NCBI GenBank assembly: GCA_017451295.1
Contig: JAFSPW010000057.1
Span: 8,227-72,226, forward strand
From: Clostridia bacterium
GTDB lineage: Bacteria; Bacillota; Clostridia; Christensenellales; CAG-138
DNA: 64,000 nucleotides
Direction: 5' to 3'
Part shown: positions 25,852 through 33,828 of the stretch, in pieces
Numbering within the stretch: the first letter of the stretch is position 1
Layout of the letters: each line of letters opens with the position of its first letter
Program-made: the position numbers and the translations under genes
The notes under the pieces: generated by a model
Database searches by the model: none
What the model was told of the DNA's origin: nothing
What the model saw: the letters and a program-made list of their open reading frames with translations, nothing else

Positions 25852-28800
25852 TTATTCGATTTCCAGTTCAAAGCCGTATTCGCCGCCCAAGGATCGGATC
25901 GCCTGCTGCATATTGTTCGATACGCACGCCGCGCGAAGATGCCGCAGCGTCAGAAGCGGCGAGATGTCGGTAAGCTCCGACGTCCACGACACCTTGATGT
26001 ACTCGAGTTCGGGGTGCTGCTCGATGAAGGTCTTAAATGTTTCGTTGGTGAAGCGGCAGTTGCCCGCATGGAGTTCGTGGATTTTCGCTTGCTTTACGGC
26101 GTCCATCCAAAGCGCGCAGTCCGTGTTGAACACATTGAGACTCTGATACTCCGGCACGGCGGACAGCACCGCATACTGCTCGTCCGGGATCTTCCCCTGC
26201 AAATTATCTATGCTGAGAACAAAATATGGCACATTGCCGTCCTCGTCCGGCGTCATACAGAACGTATAGTCGATTTTGGCGATTGCGCTGATGTCCGAAA
26301 GATTGTTGCGGCTGATATTGAGATCGGTCAGATGCAAAAGCTTCTCAACGCCCTCGATCGAAGTGACCGTTTCCGTGTCCGCCACGTTGATGATCTCGAG
26401 CGACTTTAGATCAAACAGCGGCGACAGATCGGAAAGATTTGCCCAGTTGGCTTGGAACCGGCGCAGCTTTGCGGCCGTCTCGATCCCGCCGAGTGATTCG
26501 ACCGGCTGACCGTACAGATATAGCGATTCGAGGTTTGGAAGACGGGTCAAAAATCCAAAGTCGGTGATCTGCCCCTCCCCGATCGGGAAGCGCTCGCCGG
26601 TTGCGTTGTCGTGAATATACAAGTCCGGTTTGTCGCCGCCGTCCCAGTCCTCTTCGAGCCACAGGTCGCCCCACGGATCTTTCATCACATAGTTTCCGAA
26701 GAATCCGATCTCGCGCACGCGTGAGAGCACGTCATCCGGCAGGGCAACAAATTCGTCAACCGTCATCAGCGGGAAGTCGAAGGAGAGATTGCACTCTGCG
26801 GGGATCGCGCCGAGCGGCGCAAGATCGTCCAGCTTGAGTCCGTTCAGATCTGCCCATTGCAGCTTCTGCAGGTTTTGGATGCCTTGTATGCTTGTCACGC
26901 CGGTATATTGCAGCTTCAGTTCTTCTAGGTCCTGCAGCGTAAACACCGGGGATGCATCCATCAGGGTCGGTGTGAATGTAAGTTCGAGTTTCTTCAACTT
27001 CTGCAGATTCTGAATCCCCTCGATCGACGTCAGCGACTGATCGATCAGGTTCAGATGTTCGAGCCCGGTCAGCTTGGACAGCTTGGAAAAATCGGTCATT
27101 GTACCGGGGTGCTCGATTGCGATATCATGGCTGGGGTCACCGTCGTTCGACCGCAGCACAAAGGTCGGTTTGTCGCCGTCCCATTGCTGATCGAGCCAAT
27201 ACTCCTCCCAGGAGAAGATCACATCGCCGACTGCATGCAGATCCCTGACGCGGCTCAACACCGCGCTTGGCAGCGTGTCGAGCTCGTCAAAGGACAACAG
27301 CTCCACGTGCGGCTCGGCCGACTCCCACCATCCGTCCGGATACTCCACCTCGAAGTTGTCCAAAAGCTTGCTTTCCACAAGCAGCTCAGCCTGCGTCTGC
27401 AGATGAGCCGGCACCTTGAGATAGCGCCCTTTGTGCGCATAAAGCGGGGAAAGATCGGTCACGCCGTCCAGGTCGAACAGTTCGATGTAATAATTCTCCT
27501 TTTGAAAGGACGCGAGCGCCGACAGGTCCGTCAGATCAAAGATGCTTTCGAGCCGCAGCCGATCCGCGTGCAGCGCCGAAAAATCGGGCAGGGTAAACAG
27601 CTGTACCAGCTCCAGATTGTCAAAGGTTTTTTGCTCGATCGCCGACCAGTCGACCAGGCGCGAGCAGTTCTGCACGCGAAGCGTCGAAAGCTCGGGCAGA
27701 TGCTCGAGGCCGTTTAGGGAAGTGAGCAGCGGACAGTCATCCAGTGTCAACTCCTGGATATCCAGCGCGCGCAGCGTTTCGAGCGAGCGCACGCAGTGCA
27801 GCGTCAGACTGCGGCCGACCTCGGGCAGCTGCATCAAATCCACTTCGCCGTCATTGAGATTGGTCAAACCGTCGCGGTTCCAATATTCAAACTCTGCGAC
27901 CGGCGTGTTGTGAATGTAAGGCAGCGCGCTGCCGTTGCGATCCGTGATGTTCAGATAGCTGTATCGCGGCAGGGCGGCAAGTCCAGACCAGTCATCCACC
28001 TCGGAAATGCCGAAGGAAAAGGTGTTTTTGTTGACAATCTCCGACAGGAAATCGACGTCGTGCAGACCCGACCCGTAGATGGCAAGATCGTGGAGGCGCG
28101 GCAGCTTTACGATGGGAGAGATGTCCGCAAGATTAAAGACGCTGTTTAGGTGAACCTGCAAAATTCCCGTGCAGCTTTCGAGCGCGGAGATGTCGGAAAG
28201 ATGATCAAGCCCCTCGATATGCACGCGCCGCAGACTTGTATGATTCTCCAGACCTTTGAGGGAACGTACGCCGCGCGTATACCAAAGCTCGATTTCCTCA
28301 AGATTCTTTGCGTTACTGAGCCATGAAAGATCGTTCAGCGCTTCGTTGTGCAGATCGACATAATGCAGGCTCGTGTTGTCCGAAAGCGCGGACATGTCAG
28401 ATAGGTCTTCGCTTTGATAACCCACAAACAGGCGTTCAAGATGCAGCTTGTTTTCCAGTCCGTGCAACGATGTGAGTTGCGGCAGAGAGAACTCGACTGT
28501 TTCGAGTGCGGAAGATTCTGAGAGGAAACTGAGATCACGGTTTGCGCTGCCCTCGATCGTGAAATACTTCAGTTTCGAGCATTGCTTTAGACCGTCGAGA
28601 TTGAGGGCGGTATCGCTCCAATCGCCCCATAGATGGAGGGACGTGAGTGCGGGCGGCGCAAACGATGATAAGTCCTGCGGCATCGGCGATAGAAATTCCA
28701 AATGCACGTCGTTCAGGCGTCCGCAGCCGTTGAGCGGTGAAAAATCGGCGATGGTGTTGCCGCGGTATTGAAAGCAGCTCATCTGCGATCCAGTAACGCC

Positions 28801-29679
28801 CGAAAGATCGGTGATGCTGCAATCAAACAGTTCCAAAACGCCGAGATTCAAAAGTCCCGACAGATCGGGAAGCTCGCCAATGACTCGCACAAGCGTGATG
28901 AATTTTACGTTCTTCATGTACCGCAAAAAGTCGAGATCGTTCCACGCAGAAAGTTCGATCTCGTGTCCGTCCTCATTGCTGTACCAGCGCGCGATCCCGT
29001 CTTCTTTGGTGCGGTTTGCAAAGTACTCCGCGCCGATGCGCGCCCAGCCATTTTGCTCCGCAATCCCCTCATCACCGGTGAAGTAGTGCAGCGTATCGCC
29101 GACGATGATCAGCTCATAGACCTTATTTAGATCCTCGGCGGTAAGCCCCGCTTCGGAGGGAATGACCGGTTCCGCCGTCGGCGCGGGTGTGCTCTTTTGC
29201 AGCATCGTTTCCTTTGCGGGAAGCAGTTTTGTTGCAAGGAAGATACCTCCGGCGATCACGAGCGCGGCGGCAGCGGCCGCAAGGATGATCGGCAAAGGCT
29301 TTTTTGTTGCTTCAAACGGCTTTGCGGTTGCGATACGCTGTGCAAGCTCTTCTACGGAGTACCGTTCGGCGAAGATCGTGTTGCGGGAATACAGCGCGTT
29401 TTTCAGCAGCTCCGGCGGCGTTGAGCCGTCGAGGTTTATCGGCACCGTCTCCACGCCCTTGGCGTCATTGGCGAAGAACGTTTCCATAAGTGTGATGGCC
29501 TCGTTCAGCCGTTCGGACGTGAACAGCAGCATGACGCCGCTTTTGGTCGGCATTTCGCTTTCGTCTGCGATCTCAAATCCCTTTGCCCGCAGCGCATCGA
29601 GGATCGGTGCGACGCGTTCTTTGTCGGCTTCGGCAAACAGCGGGGACAACTTCTTTTTTCGGTATGCGACTTTTGTCAT
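25852..29679 (-). CDS. giant type-II membrane protein: diverged TIR-like N-domain, 1 TM, ~1100-aa internalin-type LRR ectodomain
   Basis: 1275 aa with no signal peptide. The TM helix LPIILAAAAAALVIAGGIFLATKLL lies around aa 127-150. Dozens of LxxLxxLxLxxxxIxDLSxL repeats follow (e.g. LEEIELWYTRGVRSLKGLENHTSLRRVHIEGLDHLSDISALESC). The N-domain aligns loosely with the TIRs of the two upstream paralogues. SD AAGGAGAC. Confidence 0.65.
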   Translation of the reverse strand: MTKVAYRKKKLSPLFAEADKERVAPILDALRAKGFEIADESEMPTKSGVMLLFTSERLNEAITLMETFFANDAKGVETVPINLDGSTPPELLKNALYSRNTIFAERYSVEELAQRIATAKPFEATKKPLPIILAAAAAALVIAGGIFLATKLLPAKETMLQKSTPAPTAEPVIPSEAGLTAEDLNKVYELIIVGDTLHYFTGDEGIAEQNGWARIGAEYFANRTKEDGIARWYSNEDGHEIELSAWNDLDFLRYMKNVKFITLVRVIGELPDLSGLLNLGVLELFDCSITDLSGVTGSQMSCFQYRGNTIADFSPLNGCGRLNDVHLEFLSPMPQDLSSFAPPALTSLHLWGDWSDTALNLDGLKQCSKLKYFTIEGSANRDLSFLSESSALETVEFSLPQLTSLHGLENKLHLERLFVGYQSEDLSDMSALSDNTSLHYVDLHNEALNDLSWLSNAKNLEEIELWYTRGVRSLKGLENHTSLRRVHIEGLDHLSDISALESCTGILQVHLNSVFNLADISPIVKLPRLHDLAIYGSGLHDVDFLSEIVNKNTFSFGISEVDDWSGLAALPRYSYLNITDRNGSALPYIHNTPVAEFEYWNRDGLTNLNDGEVDLMQLPEVGRSLTLHCVRSLETLRALDIQELTLDDCPLLTSLNGLEHLPELSTLRVQNCSRLVDWSAIEQKTFDNLELVQLFTLPDFSALHADRLRLESIFDLTDLSALASFQKENYYIELFDLDGVTDLSPLYAHKGRYLKVPAHLQTQAELLVESKLLDNFEVEYPDGWWESAEPHVELLSFDELDTLPSAVLSRVRDLHAVGDVIFSWEEYWLDQQWDGDKPTFVLRSNDGDPSHDIAIEHPGTMTDFSKLSKLTGLEHLNLIDQSLTSIEGIQNLQKLKKLELTFTPTLMDASPVFTLQDLEELKLQYTGVTSIQGIQNLQKLQWADLNGLKLDDLAPLGAIPAECNLSFDFPLMTVDEFVALPDDVLSRVREIGFFGNYVMKDPWGDLWLEEDWDGGDKPDLYIHDNATGERFPIGEGQITDFGFLTRLPNLESLYLYGQPVESLGGIETAAKLRRFQANWANLSDLSPLFDLKSLEIINVADTETVTSIEGVEKLLHLTDLNISRNNLSDISAIAKIDYTFCMTPDEDGNVPYFVLSIDNLQGKIPDEQYAVLSAVPEYQSLNVFNTDCALWMDAVKQAKIHELHAGNCRFTNETFKTFIEQHPELEYIKVSWTSELTDISPLLTLRHLRAACVSNNMQQAIRSLGGEYGFELEIE

Positions 29680-29714
29680 GACGGTCTCCTTGTCCTGTGC
29701 TAAGGGGAAATGGG

Positions 29715-30890
29715 TTACGGGACTAAAATGACATCGAACGCCGCATCGTCCGGGAAGATCAGCGGCAGCATATCGATACTCACAGTCACGGTCTCAAGCG
29801 ATGGCTGTGCGTTCAGCACGGAAAGGTCGCGCACATTGCTGTGCTCCAGGTGAAGTGTTTTAAGGCTCGGCAGCGTAGGCAGCGTCGAAAGGTTCACGCT
29901 TAAACAACCCGCAAGGCTCAATTCGTTCAAAAGCACGAGCCGATCCAGTGCAGCAAGCGATTGTACCGGCTGCATCAAAAGGGAAAGAGTTTTGAGATAC
30001 GGCATTCGTCCGATCACGGAAAGATCCTCGACAGAACCCATCAGCGGCTTTGCGCCGTTTACGGTGTATGCGCCGGCTGTGTATTCGATTGCCGACAGAT
30101 CGTTCAGCACCATCGTGCCGCAAAAATGCAGTTCCGTCACGCCGCCGAGGTCGGACAGCTTTATATCGCCATCAGAAATACCCAGCGCATTGCGAACCGC
30201 TGCTTCCTGCTTTGCATCGGGGAATGTGACCGTATCCATGCCGGGAACATACGGTGTCGCCGTCGGCTCCGGCGTTTCGGTCGGCACAGGCGTGGCGGTC
30301 GGCGTCAGTCGTGCCGTAGGTACGGGTGTCGGGTTTGGCAGCAGATAGGCGTCCAATCGACCGGTCATAAGCGCATACAGACCTGCCGCTGCAGCGGCAA
30401 ACAGCAGAATCGCGAGCACAAGCATCAACCAATCAAAACGCAGTTTTTCAAACGGCTTGCGATAATATGCGCGCGTGATCTGTTTGCAGGAAAGAATGGT
30501 TTCGGCACGCGCAGATGCATCGGAACCGGACGAAAGCCTTGTGCATTGTGAAAGCAGATCGTTCCATTCTGCGTTCGGCGCCGTATCCGAAAGCGGCAGC
30601 AGCAGAACCGGCTTCTTCAGAACAAGCGCTGCTTCGATCTCGCTTCGGCAGTTGGGTGAAGCAAAAGCTGTTTTTGAAACAAAGAACAACACCATAGAGC
30701 AGCTTTGCATATGCTCTTCGATGTTCTTCGGCCAATCGCTGCCCGCCGGAATGCCCTCGTCGTACCACAGTCGCAGTTTGCGGTTGTGCAGCAGTGTAAT
30801 GACTTTGAGAACCGCCTCGGAATCGCGGTGCGAATAACTGATGAAAAGGTAGGGACGGCGACCCTCATATGGCTTAAAGTAGACGCTCAT
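29715..30890 (-). CDS. TIR domain - TM - Pro/Thr linker - LRR protein
   Basis: 391 aa. TIR signature PYLFISYSHRDSEAVLKVITLLHNRKLRLWYDEGIPAGSDW ... VLFFVSKTAFASPNCRSEIEAAL (C-x-x-E catalytic-Glu context). TM helix WLMLVLAILLFAAAAAGLYALM. Linker PNPTPVPTARLTPTATPVPTETPEPTATP. C-terminal LRRs. The start overlaps the stop of the upstream gene (ATGA). Confidence 0.75.
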   Translation of the reverse strand: MSVYFKPYEGRRPYLFISYSHRDSEAVLKVITLLHNRKLRLWYDEGIPAGSDWPKNIEEHMQSCSMVLFFVSKTAFASPNCRSEIEAALVLKKPVLLLPLSDTAPNAEWNDLLSQCTRLSSGSDASARAETILSCKQITRAYYRKPFEKLRFDWLMLVLAILLFAAAAAGLYALMTGRLDAYLLPNPTPVPTARLTPTATPVPTETPEPTATPYVPGMDTVTFPDAKQEAAVRNALGISDGDIKLSDLGGVTELHFCGTMVLNDLSAIEYTAGAYTVNGAKPLMGSVEDLSVIGRMPYLKTLSLLMQPVQSLAALDRLVLLNELSLAGCLSVNLSTLPTLPSLKTLHLEHSNVRDLSVLNAQPSLETVTVSIDMLPLIFPDDAAFDVILVP

Positions 30891-31696
30891 GATCCGCCTC
30901 CCGTCAGCACGATATCATACCGTTTAAGAAGCGGAGCGGCATCGACCGCGTTCGCCTGATTCAGTTCAATTCGGGAAAGATTGGAAAGCAGGGCAAACTC
31001 ATCCGTGCGTTCGGGTAAAGCGTCAAAACGAAGGGTCGTAACCGTTACAATCGATTCTTCGGTGATCGGTTCGCCGCTGAGCGCGTCGCGTACCGCTGCA
31101 GTCAGAACGGGATCGGAAAAGAAGACGGTATCAGCAGTTTTTTCAATCGATGGCGCACGAAGATGTCGCACAAGAACCGCTGCGCCGATCAGCAGAAACG
31201 CCGCGGCGACAATTGCGGCTGCAATCGCAAGAACAGCCTTTTTGCGAACGGGCAGCGGCGGACCGATCAACTCCTGCGAAAATCCGTCTGCATGGAGCAA
31301 TGCTGCTTCCGCCGCATCGACGCTGCGCGGCTTGATGTGCACTGCGCGCGAATCCAACCCCATGGACAGCGTGCTTTTTGCAGTATCTACGTCTACGCTG
31401 ATGATCGGGATGCTTTTCTCCTGACAAACGAGAACTGCGCTCTTTACCGCCTGATCCGTACGCGCACGCTTGGTTTGATACAGAACCACAAGCCGTGCCT
31501 TGCGCATACGCGCATCGCGCCGTTCGCGCTCTGCTACGGTGCCGCTGTGCCCCGTGGGGTACCAGATGCGGCAGCCGCGTTCGTACAGCCGTCGAAACAG
31601 CGGCCGCAACCGATCCCTATCCGCATCTGAAAAGCAAAAATACAGATACGGCTGATCGCCGCCGTACGGCGGAAAAAGCTCCGAAAACCTCGCCAT
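30887..31696 (-). CDS. TIR-like domain - TM - short LRR-like tail protein
   Basis: Start trimmed to ATG 31696 (MARFSELFPPYGGDQPYLYFCFSDADRDRLRPLFRRLYERGCRIWY) after GGGGAGG; the longer ORF would run through the promoter. TM helix AVLAIAAAIVAAAFLLIGAAVLV. The catalytic-Glu position appears to be substituted (..RTDQAVKSAVL). Confidence 0.6.
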   Translation of the reverse strand: MARFSELFPPYGGDQPYLYFCFSDADRDRLRPLFRRLYERGCRIWYPTGHSGTVAERERRDARMRKARLVVLYQTKRARTDQAVKSAVLVCQEKSIPIISVDVDTAKSTLSMGLDSRAVHIKPRSVDAAEAALLHADGFSQELIGPPLPVRKKAVLAIAAAIVAAAFLLIGAAVLVRHLRAPSIEKTADTVFFSDPVLTAAVRDALSGEPITEESIVTVTTLRFDALPERTDEFALLSNLSRIELNQANAVDAAPLLKRYDIVLTGGGS

Positions 31697-31730
31697 TCGT
31701 AACCTCCCCGCGCGCTCCGCTTTTGCTTCT

Positions 31731-31774
31731 ATACTACCAAGATATATCGTATATGCAAATGCTGTTTCTGTCAA
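31731..31774 (-). promoter_or_regulatory. candidate promoter(s) of the TIR-LRR/HD/SLOG operon
   Basis: Two overlapping options on the minus strand. First: TTGACA (31769-31774), 17 nt, TACGAT (31746-31751). Second: TTGCAT (31753-31758), 16 nt, TGG-TAGTAT (31731-31736). Confidence 0.45.
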
Positions 31775-31896
31775 TCCCAAACGTAAAAAGCGCCGGAAGG
31801 GTTACCGTTTCAAGTCAGACGCCATGCGTATCCATTTGCTTTTGTACCGATGGTTGTGCGCTCCTTCATTCCCTAAGGGCAATTCTTAATCGGTGC

Positions 31897-31921
31897 AAAG
31901 AAAAAGGCGCATTGCTGCGCC
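31897..31921 (-). terminator. second intrinsic terminator downstream of rplT
   Basis: On the minus strand: GGCGCA-gcaa-TGCGCC followed by TTTTTCTTT. Confidence 0.6.
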
Positions 31922-31949
31922 TTCGAGCCTCTTGTCTGATATTCAAAAC

Positions 31950-31980
31950 ATGCGGAGAAAACACTCTGCTTTCTCCGCAT
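31950..31980 (-). terminator. intrinsic terminator of the infC-rpmI-rplT operon
   Basis: Perfect 11-bp stem ATGCGGAGAAA-9 nt-TTTCTCCGCAT. On the minus strand it is followed by GTTTTGAAT. Confidence 0.7.
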
Positions 31981-32072
31981 ATCCTTAGCTCTTACTGCAA
32001 AACCCGATATGGATTATTTGCTTTCGTATCGGCCTCCCCCTTTAAGGGAAGCTCCTTTGCAGCTGTACTTGC

Positions 32073-32432
32073 TTACGCCTTCTTGGCGGCCAGGGCGGTG
32101 TCCACCAGGGCCTTGAAAGCGGCCATATCGGTGACGGCGAGGTCAGATAGGACCTTCCTATTCACTTCCACACCAGCCAGCTTCAGGCCGTTGATGAGGT
32201 TGGAGTAGTTGGTGCCGCACAGCCGGGCACCGGCGTTGATACGGGCAATCCACAGGCGGCGATACTCACGCTTCTTGTTCTTGCGGCCCACGAAAGCATA
32301 GGCCATGGACTTCATCACCTGCTGGGAGGCAGCCCTATACTGCTTGGACTTGGCACCGAAGTACCCTTTAGCCAGGCGCAGCACCTTGCGGCGCTTCTTA
32401 ACGGAATTTACGCTTCTCTTAATTCTTGCCAT
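32073..32432 (-). CDS. rplT: 50S ribosomal protein L20
   Basis: MARIKRSVNSVKKRRKVLRLAKGYFGAKSK..., the canonical L20 sequence. Confidence 0.97.
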   Translation of the reverse strand: MARIKRSVNSVKKRRKVLRLAKGYFGAKSKQYRAASQQVMKSMAYAFVGRKNKKREYRRLWIARINAGARLCGTNYSNLINGLKLAGVEVNRKVLSDLAVTDMAAFKALVDTALAAKKA

Positions 32433-32445
32433 GGTTCATCTCTCC

Positions 32446-32643
32446 TTACTTATAGGGAATCAGCTCGCGAATCTTCTTCTGCTCTTCCTCGGCGATATAG
32501 CCGGTCTGGCGCAGGCCGCGAAGCCTCTTGGTGGTCTTTTTGGTGAGAATGTGGCTCTTGTAAGCCTTGCCGCGCTTGATTTTGCCGGACTTGGTCACAT
32601 CAAAACGCTTTGCCGCACCCCGATGGGTCTTGATCTTTGGCAT
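32446..32643 (-). CDS. rpmI: 50S ribosomal protein L35
   Basis: [24 protein letters not shown]..., the canonical L35 sequence. Confidence 0.97.
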   Translation of the reverse strand: MPKIKTHRGAAKRFDVTKSGKIKRGKAYKSHILTKKTTKRLRGLRQTGYIAEEEQKKIRELIPYK

Positions 32644-32665
32644 GTTCTTTCCTCCTGTTGAGATT

Positions 32666-33175
32666 TTAATTCTTCGGTGCCAGAACCATATACATGTTTC
32701 TGCCTTCCTGCTTGGGGGGTCTTTCCTGACTGGCTACATCGGAAACCATGTTATAGAAGGTGGTCATAACATCTGCGCCGATATCGCCCCGGGTGATTTG
32801 GCGGCCCCTGAAACGGATGCTCACCTTCACCTTGTTGCCGTCCTGCAAAAACCGGGTGCAGGCCTTGGCCTTCACTTCCATGTCGTGCTGGTCGATGGTG
32901 GCGGAGAGGCGAATCTCCTTGATTTCGATGACCTTCTGGTTCTTGCGCTGCTCCTTCTCCCGCTTCATCATGTCGTAGCGATGCTTGCTGTAGTCCATGA
33001 GCTTGCAGGTGGGGGGCGTGGTGCTGGAGAGCTTGACCAAATCCAGCTCCCGCTCGTCGGCCAGACGCTGGGCGGCCCGGACATCCATGATTCCCAGCTG
33101 TACGCCGTTTTCGTCAATCAGGCGAACTTCCGGATCCCGGATTTGCTCATTGATAGGCAGTTCTTGTGTAGCGAT
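32666..33175 (-). CDS. infC: translation initiation factor IF-3 (non-AUG start, ATC candidate)
   Basis: The IF-3 sequence begins at [32 protein letters not shown] lies 9 nt upstream of ATC at 33175. The 21 codons upstream in the ORF track are non-homologous and lack an SD. Confidence 0.85.
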   Translation of the reverse strand: MATQELPINEQIRDPEVRLIDENGVQLGIMDVRAAQRLADERELDLVKLSSTTPPTCKLMDYSKHRYDMMKREKEQRKNQKVIEIKEIRLSATIDQHDMEVKAKACTRFLQDGNKVKVSIRFRGRQITRGDIGADVMTTFYNMVSDVASQERPPKQEGRNMYMVLAPKN

Positions 33176-33289
33176 GACTGGACACCTCCTATAAAAAATG
33201 GCGGACGCATCTGCGCCCACCACAAGAATGATTCCCATCAGACCGTGCCTGATTCACTACATCGGCAGGTGAGAGGCGGGCGCCTCTGC
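33176..33289 (-). promoter_or_regulatory. infC leader, candidate L20-responsive leader/attenuator
   Basis: 114-nt untranslated region upstream of infC. A GC hairpin (GGGCGCAGATGCGTCCGCC) is followed by ATTTTTTAT just before the SD. The position matches the Firmicute L20 leader, but the structure has not been verified. Confidence 0.4.
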
Positions 33290-33760
33290 TTAAGCATGAA
33301 CATTATAGCGGCGGTTTTGCCCGCTGTCAAGGGCTTTTGCCGCTTTTTCCCCATATTTTTGCCCCAAACGGTCCGCCCAGTTCTCCGGGTATCGGTCATA
33401 GTACCCAATGCCTCGCCGCCGGCGATAGCGCACCAGGGCGGGCAGGTTGGCCCAGAGGAAGGAGGGGAGCCCCACAAGAGGAAGGTACAAAGGCCCGAGC
33501 AGCAACGACTGCCTGCTGTGCCCGTATTCATGCATCAGCAGCCGGGTTTCTTTCTCCTTATCTAGCCCCTCGGGCACGAAGAGGAACATCCCCAGGGAGA
33601 CGCCGCCCCATTTGCCGTCATGGAAGACGGCCAGGGCGCCGCCCATCCATCGCCGCCGACACCGGCGGTACAGAACCAGCAGCCCCAGCCCCAGAAGGCT
33701 CTGCACCAGGCCCCAGCTCCATTGGAGGAGGATATATGCCGCTTTCTGACTTTTTTTCAT
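33290..33760 (-). CDS. hypothetical membrane protein with HExxH motif
   Basis: 156 aa with hydrophobic N-terminal helices and HEYGH (a possible zinc-metallopeptidase motif). Confidence 0.55.
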   Translation of the reverse strand: MKKSQKAAYILLQWSWGLVQSLLGLGLLVLYRRCRRRWMGGALAVFHDGKWGGVSLGMFLFVPEGLDKEKETRLLMHEYGHSRQSLLLGPLYLPLVGLPSFLWANLPALVRYRRRRGIGYYDRYPENWADRLGQKYGEKAAKALDSGQNRRYNVHA

Positions 33761-33828
33761 GAAAAGACTATAGCACGGCCCCTTAGCCCCGTCAAGGCAG
33801 CATAGGGACGGCCCAAACGGCGTAGACT

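Noticed and set aside
31495-32208. 237-aa plus-strand ORF spanning the island/rplT junction.
   Set aside because: It runs through the promoter, two terminators and antisense rplT. It has no SD and is not protein-like.
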